From positions 1-35,658 of the IMG/VR virus record IMGVR_UViG_3300034072_001378: a stretch of 35,658 nucleotides of DNA; one strand, written 5' to 3'. This stretch comes from a virus. The notes under the pieces were generated by a model. It had not been told where the DNA came from and ran no database searches. It worked only from the letters and a program-made list of their open reading frames with translations. The position numbers were made by a program, and so were the translations under genes. This document shows positions 26,859 through 34,493 of the stretch, in pieces. Within the stretch, counting starts at the first letter, position 1. Every line of letters begins with the position of its first letter.

Positions 26859-27048
26859 AAGCGAAAGAATAAGAGTAAGAATTGAAATGGATTCAATTTT
26901 GAGTTCATTAAATAATTCCGAACAAAAGGAAGTAAAACAAATATTAGAACAAATTATGTCATTATGTGAAAAAGAATCATTGAGTAAAGAAATTATTGCT
27001 TTAACAGTTTTATTGTATAAACAAAATATTTTAAAAACAGAAATTTAA
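26851..27048 (+). CDS. Hypothetical protein
   Basis: 65-aa coupled ORF. Confidence 0.7.
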   Translation: MNESERIRVRIEMDSILSSLNNSEQKEVKQILEQIMSLCEKESLSKEIIALTVLLYKQNILKTEI

Positions 27049-27077
27049 TTTGGCTTTAATAATAGTTAGTATATAAT
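27046..27077 (+). promoter_or_regulatory. Early promoter repeat, copy 12
   Basis: TAATTTGGCTTTAATAATAGTTAGTATATAAT. Confidence 0.8.
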
Positions 27078-27105
27078 TAACATTATAAAATAAAAAGGAA
27101 TTAAA

Positions 27106-28176
27106 ATGAGTGAAACAGTAGCAGAATTAGTATTGGTAGAAACAGAAGTTATAGAAATGGATGAAAATCAAAATTTAGTTAATATTCAAGATTTACTAAA
27201 TTCATATAATGAATTTCAAAAAGATGGATTGGGTGAAACTTCAATAAGTAGTAAATTCACATTAAATGGTTTAGATGAAATTAATGAATTGGTAATTGAA
27301 GCAGCAATAAAAATAGATAAATTCACAAGTAATGGTGATAAAAAAGGATTCTTTTCTAATATTTCATCTAAAGCAGTAAAAACATTTGATCCAAAAGATG
27401 CTTGGTTAGGTAAATGGTTTAAAAAAGCATCAGAAAATGCTAAAGTTAATGATTTAGGTAATCAAACTCCTGATGAAATTATGAAAAATGTTAAAGATGT
27501 TATTGAGAAAAAGAAAGATGAAGTTTCTAAATTAGTAATTGATTTATTTAAAGAAAAGAAAATCTATTTAGAAAGAATAGAAACATATAAAAAGATAGCT
27601 TCAAAAGCCGAACACATTTATAATAATACAAGTGCAGACACAGAAGAAAATTTTAATGCTCAAATTCTTTTAACTAAATTAAAAGGGGCTATTATGGAAC
27701 TGCAAAATGATATAGAAACAGATATTAACCCATTAATCACAAATGCAAAAATGGTTGTAAATGATCTTACTTCAAAAATGCCAACTGTTATATCAAAACT
27801 AAAAGGTAAATTAAATATTAAAACAATTCAACAGCAGTTATCTGATTTAACTAATAGTGCTCAAATTCTAACTGAATTATCTGATGTAGTTGATGAAAAG
27901 GTTACCGCAAGTATTCAAACAACTACATTACAAACATTGGATATGCTTAAAAATACAGGTGTTAATGTTGGTGCTTTAAAAAATAAAATTAATCGAGATG
28001 AAGAATTTAAAATGCAATTACTAAAGAAAATTGAATCAGTTAGAGAATCTAAACAAAAAGAATTTAAAGAAATAACTGCACTTTCACAAAATGTTCTTGA
28101 GAATAAAAAAACAAGTACACAATTATTTTTAGATAATTATAGTTCAAATACAAGTTCTGGATTAGGAGATGAATAA
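27106..28176 (+). CDS. TelA/KlaA-like helical protein (toxic anion resistance family)
   Basis: 356 aa, all-helical; KKGFF...LGKWF amphipathic segment, EKKKDE helix and C-terminal helices resembling TelA. Confidence 0.55.
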   Translation: MSETVAELVLVETEVIEMDENQNLVNIQDLLNSYNEFQKDGLGETSISSKFTLNGLDEINELVIEAAIKIDKFTSNGDKKGFFSNISSKAVKTFDPKDAWLGKWFKKASENAKVNDLGNQTPDEIMKNVKDVIEKKKDEVSKLVIDLFKEKKIYLERIETYKKIASKAEHIYNNTSADTEENFNAQILLTKLKGAIMELQNDIETDINPLITNAKMVVNDLTSKMPTVISKLKGKLNIKTIQQQLSDLTNSAQILTELSDVVDEKVTASIQTTTLQTLDMLKNTGVNVGALKNKINRDEEFKMQLLKKIESVRESKQKEFKEITALSQNVLENKKTSTQLFLDNYSSNTSSGLGDE

Positions 28177-28417
28177 AACTTTTATTGACACCGGTTATTT
28201 AATAATACCATATAGTAAAATAAATTCAATACGTTATTCTGAACGATATATGGATGGTTTTCACGACAATATAGAAAGAAGAGCAAGATTAATTATTTAT
28301 GTTGATTCGCAGACTTTTAATATAAATGCAAATTCATACGAAGATGAATCAAATATAAAAGAAATTTATAATAATTATAAAGAATATTTATTAAACAAAG
28401 AAGGAATAAAAATATGA
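28169..28417 (+). CDS. Hypothetical protein
   Basis: 82-aa coupled ORF. Confidence 0.7.
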   Translation: MNKTFIDTGYLIIPYSKINSIRYSERYMDGFHDNIERRARLIIYVDSQTFNINANSYEDESNIKEIYNNYKEYLLNKEGIKI

Positions 28418-28950
28418 AAAAAGAACTAACATTTGATGATATTGCATATGTATCTGAAACTGGGCACATAATTTATTTTGATTATGTACACGGTTATACT
28501 GAAAATTCTATTCTTTATGCTGGGCAATATATCTCTGATATTTCACCTGAAAAATTAAAAATTATTAAAGAAAAGAAAAATAATTATGAATTATTAAAAT
28601 TAAATACTTCAAAATCTGAATTACAGAATTTAATTTCTGAACAAGCAAAAGAAATAATTAATAATGTATTTTTAAGTGAAATTAAAAAAGAATTAGAAAA
28701 TTATAAATCTGAAGCAAGAAGTCTATCTGAAAGTATAAAAAATACTGTAAGTGCTCTTAATACTTTAATTATGGATTCTAGAACCGTTAGTGATAAATCA
28801 TATAGTATTGAAAAAGAACTAAATAAATTAAAAGATTCTAATTTTATTGAATCAATTGAAAATACATTATTATCTAATAATCAAAGAGTAGATACAGCTG
28901 TTCAGAGTTTTAATAAAATTAATTCAAAATTAGAAGAACTTTTTAAGTAA
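28414..28950 (+). CDS. Coiled-coil hypothetical protein
   Basis: 178 aa with heptad-rich C-terminal half. Confidence 0.8.
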   Translation: MKKELTFDDIAYVSETGHIIYFDYVHGYTENSILYAGQYISDISPEKLKIIKEKKNNYELLKLNTSKSELQNLISEQAKEIINNVFLSEIKKELENYKSEARSLSESIKNTVSALNTLIMDSRTVSDKSYSIEKELNKLKDSNFIESIENTLLSNNQRVDTAVQSFNKINSKLEELFK

Positions 28951-28956
28951 TCTATT

Positions 28957-29670
28957 ATGTTTAATATAATAAAAAACAAAATTAAAGATTCTAAATTAAA
29001 AACACTTTATTTAGAGCACTTACATAATTATAAAAAATTAAAGCAAATAGAAGAAAATATTAAAAAAGAAGAACTTAAAGATAAAAGTATTAAAGAACTT
29101 AAAATGCTTTCAAATAAAAATGCGATATTGGATACTTTGGATTCATTTAATCTTTTAAAAGATAATATGTCTTTAGAAATAAATTCTGAAAGTGATTTTT
29201 ATAAATTTAATAAAATTAATATTGCCAATGGTATTGTTTTTGATTTAAGAATAGTACCAGATGAATTAAAAAATAAAATATCTCAAAATCAAATAATTTT
29301 AGATTCATATATTTTTGATTTTAAAAGAGAATATTATACACCAGAAAATTTTGAAAATATATTATATAATGTATATAATGATAAAATAAATATGTCTGAT
29401 GCAAAAAATTATTTAAAAAAGGCATTAATTAAAAAACAACAAGAAAAAGATACAGAGTTAAAAAATTCAATTTTAAGAGAATTACAATTACCAAATGAGT
29501 GCTTAAGTATTCTTTGCTGTATGCTATATGTTTTTTGCGAACATAATAATTTTAATAATATGGTTAAACCGATTATTTTCAAAATCTCAAAAAATACACA
29601 TTTTGTATCAGATTTAAGAATAATTCAGAAAATTGCATATAAATATTGTGTAAATATTATATTAATTTAA
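28957..29670 (+). CDS. Hypothetical protein
   Basis: 237-aa ORF. Confidence 0.75.
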   Translation: MFNIIKNKIKDSKLKTLYLEHLHNYKKLKQIEENIKKEELKDKSIKELKMLSNKNAILDTLDSFNLLKDNMSLEINSESDFYKFNKINIANGIVFDLRIVPDELKNKISQNQIILDSYIFDFKREYYTPENFENILYNVYNDKINMSDAKNYLKKALIKKQQEKDTELKNSILRELQLPNECLSILCCMLYVFCEHNNFNNMVKPIIFKISKNTHFVSDLRIIQKIAYKYCVNIILI

Positions 29671-29680
29671 GGAAAATACT

Positions 29681-29857
29681 ATGCAATCAGAAATTCAAGA
29701 TTTGTTAAAAATGTACTTAAAAAGAATAAATAATCTAAAGGTGAATGAAAATGATAAAAGTGAGTCAAAATTATATACTATAATTACACTTAGGGCAGTC
29801 ATAGAAGATTTAGAAAAAATTTTAGAAAATTCAAAGGGAAGAAATGAAAATAAATAG
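29681..29857 (+). CDS. 58-aa hypothetical protein (MQSEIQDLLKMY...)
   Basis: Not in the ORF track; AAGGA RBS; fills the gap. Confidence 0.7.
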   Translation: MQSEIQDLLKMYLKRINNLKVNENDKSESKLYTIITLRAVIEDLEKILENSKGRNENK

Positions 29858-30110
29858 TATAGAAACATCAAGGAAACATGAAAATTTAGAATTATCTGAA
29901 TTAAAAATAACAATTGATTTTAATGCTTCTAATTCAGAAGATTTGCCTGATGGTGATGCACTGTATTATTTAATTTGCGCGTTAGAAAAATGCTCGGGAA
30001 AATCTTTTAAAGATTTAGATTTTATTCAAAGAATGGAAGTTTCTAATAGATTGGATGCAGCATATCACAAAATTTCTGAATTAAAAAGGGAATTAGATAA
30101 ATATGAATGA
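29844..30110 (+). CDS. Hypothetical protein
   Basis: 88-aa ORF, AAGGGA RBS. Confidence 0.75.
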   Translation: MKINSIETSRKHENLELSELKITIDFNASNSEDLPDGDALYYLICALEKCSGKSFKDLDFIQRMEVSNRLDAAYHKISELKRELDKYE

Positions 30111-30288
30111 TTTAGATAAGAAAAAATATTTAATTGAACCAAAAATAGAAATACTTAGATTAAGTATAAAAATGAACTTAAAATCATATGAAAAAAATCC
30201 AGAAAACACAAATCTGAAAAAACAAATAGAAAAAGATAAAATTGAATTGGAAAAATACAAGAAAAAATATCCGGAGTTATTTGTTTAA
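30103..30288 (+). CDS. Hypothetical protein
   Basis: 61-aa coupled ORF. Confidence 0.7.
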   Translation: MNDLDKKKYLIEPKIEILRLSIKMNLKSYEKNPENTNLKKQIEKDKIELEKYKKKYPELFV

Positions 30289-30306
30289 TTTTAAAAAGGA
30301 GAAAAT

Positions 30307-30687
30307 ATGGCTAGACCAAGAAAGAAAAGTGAATTACACGAAAATACAGAAGTGAAAGATTCATCTTATGCTGTTTTATTGTTAATTCAGAAAGATAGTA
30401 AAATTGAATTAAAAGCAAGAACAGGAACATTAGAAGCATATGATACCAAAGCAGGTAAAATTCTAAAAATTAAATTCCCTAAATCATCTTTAATTTATAA
30501 AATGCTAGAAGGTCGACTAATGATTAAAGATAATTATTTAAAAGATAGATTAATAGCAGTTGAAATTGATTCTAAGGGTAATGCAGTTCCATTAGAAGGT
30601 AAAAAACTAGTAGCATTTGAAAAGAAATGCAAAATTCAAAATTATCATTGGGTTTATTTGTTTAAAGAAAGTTTTGGTATAAAATGA
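30307..30687 (+). CDS. Basic hypothetical protein (MARPRKK N-terminus)
   Basis: AAGGAG RBS. Confidence 0.8.
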   Translation: MARPRKKSELHENTEVKDSSYAVLLLIQKDSKIELKARTGTLEAYDTKAGKILKIKFPKSSLIYKMLEGRLMIKDNYLKDRLIAVEIDSKGNAVPLEGKKLVAFEKKCKIQNYHWVYLFKESFGIK

Positions 30688-30896
30688 GTATTTTAATTGA
30701 TGATTTAATAAGAAAAGAAACAGGACACACTGTTGATACTTATATAAGCGCTTGTACATATAGATCAAATACAAAAGATCAAAAATATTATTTGGCAAAA
30801 CCAAGCACAAAAAGTAAAAAATTCAGAAGATTATTAGATGCTTTTAGAGTTCTTATTGGTAAATCTTTTGCCGTGCATTATAATGAAGATAAATAG
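30684..30896 (+). CDS. Conserved small phage protein (YYLAKP...RLLDAFRVLIGKSFAV)
   Basis: ATGA overlap. Confidence 0.75.
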   Translation: MSILIDDLIRKETGHTVDTYISACTYRSNTKDQKYYLAKPSTKSKKFRRLLDAFRVLIGKSFAVHYNEDK

Positions 30897-30904
30897 GAGA
30901 TTAA

Positions 30905-31129
30905 ATGGAAAATCAACACAGAAAAATCAAAGGTTATAGAGAACTTTCACAAGAAGAGATTGATCTTATGAATGAAATTAAAACCAAAGGCGCCGAACTT
31001 GGTGAATTGGTTCAAAAATTAGAAGATTCAGAAGAAACAGATAAAAGATGGGTAGCATTAGGTAAGACTGATTTACAGAAAGGTTTGATGTCTTTAACTA
31101 GAAGTATTGCTAAACCGGAGTTCTTTTAA
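30905..31129 (+). CDS. acb2: Anti-CBASS cyclic-oligonucleotide sponge Acb2 (T4 Vs.4 family)
   Basis: MENQHRKIKGYRELSQEEIDLMN...RWVALGKTDLQKGLMSLTRSIAKPEFF closely follows Acb2 ([21 protein letters not shown]...[24 protein letters not shown]). Confidence 0.92.
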   Translation: MENQHRKIKGYRELSQEEIDLMNEIKTKGAELGELVQKLEDSEETDKRWVALGKTDLQKGLMSLTRSIAKPEFF

Positions 31130-31158
31130 TTTTCTTTTAATTGTTGTTTGTATATAAT
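31127..31158 (+). promoter_or_regulatory. Early promoter repeat, copy 13
   Basis: TAATTTTCTTTTAATTGTTGTTTGTATATAAT. Confidence 0.75.
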
Positions 31159-31184
31159 GCATTAATTAAAATAAAGAGGATCAA

Positions 31185-31328
31185 ATGAAAAATAAAAAAC
31201 AAGAAGTAAAAAGTAGAGATTTTAATATTGTTTTATGTGCTAAAGGCGAAATAAATTTAGGTACTAAATCAGTAAAAGATAAATCTAAATATACAAGAAA
31301 AGAAAAACACAAAAAATCTTTTCTTTAA
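31185..31328 (+). CDS. 47-aa ArfA-like ribosome rescue factor candidate
   Basis: Not in the ORF track; GAGG RBS; MKNKKQEVKSRDFNIVLCAKGEINLGTKSVKDKSKYTRKEKHKKSFL has an ArfA-type V..K..Y.RK.KH tail. Confidence 0.6.
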   Translation: MKNKKQEVKSRDFNIVLCAKGEINLGTKSVKDKSKYTRKEKHKKSFL

Positions 31329-31347
31329 TAATTTATAAAGGATAAAA

Positions 31348-31461
31348 ATGGGATTTTTAGCATTTTTGGCATTAATAGTTGCTATTTTAGCATTATTTTT
31401 GTTGATAAGAAATACATTTAAAAAGGAATCAAAAGATAAAAATTCAGGAATAAAATTATGA
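31348..31461 (+). CDS. 37-aa single-TM protein
   Basis: AAAGGA RBS; hydrophobic N-terminus and basic tail; ATGA overlap. Confidence 0.65.
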   Translation: MGFLAFLALIVAILALFLLIRNTFKKESKDKNSGIKL

Positions 31462-31685
31462 ATTTTATGTGCAATGAAGATTTAATATATAGTAGATTTC
31501 CAGAAGAATTGAAATACAAATTAAATGAATTACAACATGAAATGTTGAGCACAAATAATATAATGTATAAATTTGAGTTAAATAAATATATTGCGTTTGC
31601 AAAATTACTAAAAACATTTTTTGTTTTAAAGGGTTATAATGTTGATGAAGATGAAAACTCTATTTATATAATGATAATAGATTAA
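31458..31685 (+). CDS. Hypothetical protein
   Basis: 75-aa coupled ORF. Confidence 0.7.
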   Translation: MNFMCNEDLIYSRFPEELKYKLNELQHEMLSTNNIMYKFELNKYIAFAKLLKTFFVLKGYNVDEDENSIYIMIID

Positions 31686-31714
31686 AAATTAATTGTACAT
31701 ATTATATAATTCTT

Positions 31715-31722
31715 TATAAATA
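31715..31722 (+). promoter_or_regulatory. T4-type late promoter TATAAATA (a TATAAT also lies at 31705-31710)
   Basis: Intergenic, upstream of the groES RBS. Confidence 0.7.
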
Positions 31723-31744
31723 AATTAAAAATGAAAGGATATAA

Positions 31745-32047
31745 ATGACACAAAGAATTTACACAAATCACACTGAATTTCAACCTACAGAGGGCTTAGT
31801 TCTAGCAAAACCAACTTCATTAAAGAAAGAAGAAGAATCTTCATCTGGTATTGTTTATGCTATTAGGAAAGAATCGGTTGTTGAAAGACCAACATATGGT
31901 GAAGTTTTAGCAGTTGGTGATGATTGCAAAAATGCTAAAGTTGGTGAAACAATTTTTTGGGATATGCAAGGTGGATTAGATTTAGAATTCGATGATGGTG
32001 AATTTATCTTAATTAGAGATAAAACAATTATTGGTACAAAGAAGTGA
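31745..32047 (+). CDS. groES: Co-chaperonin GroES/Cpn10 (gp31-like role in capsid folding)
   Basis: FQP...VLAKP...SSGIV mobile loop, GEVLAVG, KVGETI, DGEFILIRDKTIIG. Confidence 0.9.
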   Translation: MTQRIYTNHTEFQPTEGLVLAKPTSLKKEEESSSGIVYAIRKESVVERPTYGEVLAVGDDCKNAKVGETIFWDMQGGLDLEFDDGEFILIRDKTIIGTKK

Positions 32048-32724
32048 AAACTTTTAGGGAATATTTAATTGAAGCAGAAATAAAAGATTTTTATACTGAA
32101 TTAAATCAAATTGAAAGTTTTTATTATAAAGAATCTATGGGTATTATAAACAAATACCCATTAGTTCTGCCGATTCATGAAGCAATTATCTACCCTGAAA
32201 ACATAAAAATAAATTCATCTTTAGATGATGAAGATTCTTTAAATAAGGAATTTAAAAAATTAAATGTTATTTTTCATTTAGAAAATTACTCTAGAAATAA
32301 TGATTTAAATGCTCATTATAGACAAACAGATGATGAAATTCATGTTTATTATAGTTTAAAAAATTCAAAATTAGAAATAGAAGCAATGATTGGTCATGAA
32401 ATGATTCATAGAGAACAACATAAAAAATCAAATGGAAATTATTTTGAAAGAGCTAAAAAATTAACAGCAGAATTAAATGCTTTAGCAGACAAGTTCAATA
32501 AAACTCAAGATGTTAATGTATATAAAGAATATAATGCAAAGAAAAAATTTAAAGATTTTGATGATCATTATGAGCAAATGGCTTATGTTTATCAAATTGT
32601 TAAAGAAAATCCAACTTTAACACCAAATCAGTTAGTTAAATATTTTCAAACATTTGGATTTGAAATTAACTACAGATTGAAAAAATATATTGGTATGTAT
32701 TATATTATAAAGGATAAATTATAG
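32044..32724 (+). CDS. Probable capsid-internal protein with HExxH zinc-metallopeptidase motif
   Basis: N-terminal MKTFREYLIE resembles the T4 capsid-targeting sequence; NAHY...IHV...IGHEMIHREQ...YEQMAY zincin pattern; GTG start. Confidence 0.65.
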   Translation: MKTFREYLIEAEIKDFYTELNQIESFYYKESMGIINKYPLVLPIHEAIIYPENIKINSSLDDEDSLNKEFKKLNVIFHLENYSRNNDLNAHYRQTDDEIHVYYSLKNSKLEIEAMIGHEMIHREQHKKSNGNYFERAKKLTAELNALADKFNKTQDVNVYKEYNAKKKFKDFDDHYEQMAYVYQIVKENPTLTPNQLVKYFQTFGFEINYRLKKYIGMYYIIKDKL

Positions 32725-32728
32725 ATAA

Positions 32729-32840
32729 CTTAAATCCATCGGACTTCGTTTTGGACGTTAAGCCAGGGATAATTTTAAAATATTAGGCATTTGGCAAACA
32801 ACCGTAAAATTAGAGTGAAAGTAGGTGGTCTTTCACTTAA
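32729..32840 (+). ncRNA. Candidate structured RNA or cis-element
   Basis: GC-enriched non-coding stretch with three potential stems (CTTAA.TCCA/TGGA..TTAAG; GCCA/TGGC; AGTGAAAG/CTTTCACT). Confidence 0.3.
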
Positions 32841-32842
32841 AT

Positions 32843-32850
32843 TCTAAATA
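32843..32850 (+). promoter_or_regulatory. Variant late promoter TCTAAATA
   Basis: One mismatch to TATAAATA, directly before the RBS of the operon containing the small terminase. Confidence 0.4.
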
Positions 32851-32863
32851 AAAAGGAAATAAA

Positions 32864-32986
32864 ATGAATACAGGTATAGAAATTTTAGAAAAATTAAATA
32901 CAGATTATTTTTGGAGAGAACAATTTCAAGCAATTGCTATAGTACTGCACCACTGCACTATTGGTCTTCAATCATTTGTGGGATAA
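32864..32986 (+). CDS. 40-aa ORF upstream of the small terminase
   Basis: Not in the ORF track; AAAGGA RBS; stop 3 nt before the next ATG. Confidence 0.55.
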   Translation: MNTGIEILEKLNTDYFWREQFQAIAIVLHHCTIGLQSFVG

Positions 32987-32989
32987 AAT

Positions 32990-33598
32990 ATGGATTTTAA
33001 TGATAAGGCAAACGCACTAGCAAATAAGATGAACGAACTTACGGCAAAATTTAATCTCGGAGAAGAAATGATACTTGCCGGAGATGATATTATAGAAGAT
33101 GTCAAAAAGAAAACAGATATTATTGATCTTTCTTCTAAAGAACCAAAAATTAAGGATACAATTGAAGTAGAATTAGAAACACCTGAAACAGAATTTAATA
33201 ATACATTAGTTCTTGAACTTGTTAATTTAAAGGCAATGGTTGAAGATTTTGAATACATAAGAGAAACGTTAAAAGAAACAACGGATAATGGTAGAAGAGT
33301 TTTAAATAAAGTTACTATTGATTTGTTAGATTCAGATGAAGATCAAAGAGCATCTTTAATTCTTTCTTTTGCAGAATTAAATTCTGCAGTTGGTAAAAAT
33401 ATGTCTCTTTATATGGATTCTTATAAACAAATATCAAATGTTTTAGTAAATTTAGATAAAATTATAAAGAATACATCTAAAAAGAATGATAAAGGACCTT
33501 CAGTTGTGAATAATACTCAAGTTAATATTAGTTCAACAGAACAAATAAGTACAGCAGAATTATTAAATAAAATGCGATTGGCAAAAACGGAAAGCTAG
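32990..33598 (+). CDS. gp16: Terminase small subunit, T4 gp16-like
   Basis: DFEYIRETL...G...L helical hairpin and C-terminal VNNTQVNI...STAELL, characteristic of T4-family TerS. Confidence 0.75.
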   Translation: MDFNDKANALANKMNELTAKFNLGEEMILAGDDIIEDVKKKTDIIDLSSKEPKIKDTIEVELETPETEFNNTLVLELVNLKAMVEDFEYIRETLKETTDNGRRVLNKVTIDLLDSDEDQRASLILSFAELNSAVGKNMSLYMDSYKQISNVLVNLDKIIKNTSKKNDKGPSVVNNTQVNISSTEQISTAELLNKMRLAKTES

Positions 33599-33617
33599 AT
33601 AGAAATATCTAGCTTTC
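33590..33617. terminator. GCTAGATA hairpin, copy 2 (GAAA loop)
   Basis: GAAAGCTAGATA-GAAA-TATCTAGCTTTC; contains the TerS stop codon. Confidence 0.85.
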
Positions 33618-33631
33618 TTAGTTTAGAAAAC

Positions 33632-33782
33632 TTATTTAAGTTCAAAAAATTCTTTAAAATTGCAAATAGTCTTATAACTAAACACGTCTATTGCTTTTAA
33701 ATTTTAAAGAATTTTTTGAACTTAAATAAACTTATATTCTATATAGAAATATTCAAATTTAAAGAATTTTTTGAACTTAAAT
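33632..33782. repeat. Three 27-bp boxes: 33634-33660(+), 33701-33727(-), 33756-33782(-); the first two form a perfect 30-bp inverted repeat
   Basis: 33632-33661 is the exact reverse complement of 33700-33729; 38-nt spacer. Confidence 0.95.
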
Positions 33783-33789
33783 ATAAATA
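33782..33789 (+). promoter_or_regulatory. T4-type late promoter TATAAATA
   Basis: Abuts the last box; AGGAG RBS and ATG 33810 follow. Confidence 0.8.
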
Positions 33790-33809
33790 ATAATAAAATA
33801 GGAGTTATA

Positions 33810-34109
33810 ATGTACAAAGCAATTAAAAAATTCGAATTAAATGGGCAAACATATCAAATTGGTGATGATTTTCCAGTCGAACTATTTGAAGATAGATTAC
33901 TAAGAGGTAAAAAAATTGGAATTAAATCTATTGGTGCGCCTCAAAAAACTAAAGAAGTTGAATTAATTACGGAAGATGTTAAAGTAAAAACAGATGAAGT
34001 TAAAAAATCTAAGAAAAATAAAAAAGAAGAGATTTTAACTGATGATAGTTCAAATGTTGAAGTTACTGTTCAAGAAGAGCTAGTAGAAGATTCTACTGAA
34101 AATATTTAA
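33810..34109 (+). CDS. Late hypothetical protein with low-complexity K/E tail (start revised from 33771)
   Basis: AGGAG RBS before ATG 33810. Confidence 0.8.
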   Translation: MYKAIKKFELNGQTYQIGDDFPVELFEDRLLRGKKIGIKSIGAPQKTKEVELITEDVKVKTDEVKKSKKNKKEEILTDDSSNVEVTVQEELVEDSTENI

Positions 34110-34119
34110 GGAGAATTAA

Positions 34120-34452
34120 ATGATAACATTTAGAGAATGGTTAGCAGAAAAAGAGTTAAATGAAAGCATTATTTCAGTTATTGCTGATACAGCTAAGCAA
34201 TTTGGATATAATAAAGATGATATACATTACGCTAATAACCAAACTAAAAAATTTGAAAAAGTTAGCATTTTTGATAATGATGTATCAAAATTAGAAAAAT
34301 TAGGAAAAATTATAAAAAAATCTACAGATGATAAATTAGTTTATTGGATTATAGATACAGAAAATGCTTTTGGTGAAGAAAGTAAAGCACTATATGTATC
34401 TAATATAAAAAACACATTAATTGATAAGAAAAGAATTATAAAAGAACTTTAA
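34120..34452 (+). CDS. Probable capsid-internal protein
   Basis: MITFREWLAEKELNES: capsid-targeting-like leader with LxE prohead-protease sites; AAGGAG RBS; late operon. Confidence 0.6.
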   Translation: MITFREWLAEKELNESIISVIADTAKQFGYNKDDIHYANNQTKKFEKVSIFDNDVSKLEKLGKIIKKSTDDKLVYWIIDTENAFGEESKALYVSNIKNTLIDKKRIIKEL

Positions 34453-34479
34453 AGCTAGATAGAAATATCTAGCTTTTTT
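34451..34479. terminator. GCTAGATA hairpin, copy 3, with T tract
   Basis: AAAGCTAGATA-GAAA-TATCTAGCTTT-TTT. Confidence 0.85.
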
Positions 34480-34493
34480 AGTATAGAAAACAA

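Noticed and set aside
29844-30110. MazG-like pyrophosphatase (GDALYYL)
   Set aside because: Only one short motif matches; the upstream ExxE acidic helix is absent.
32729-32800. c-di-GMP-I riboswitch or pistol ribozyme
   Set aside because: There is superficial similarity (AAATCC...GGACGTTAAGCC), but the GGCAAAC/GACGCAAAGC core, GNRA loop and receptor, and the pistol pseudoknot cannot be matched.
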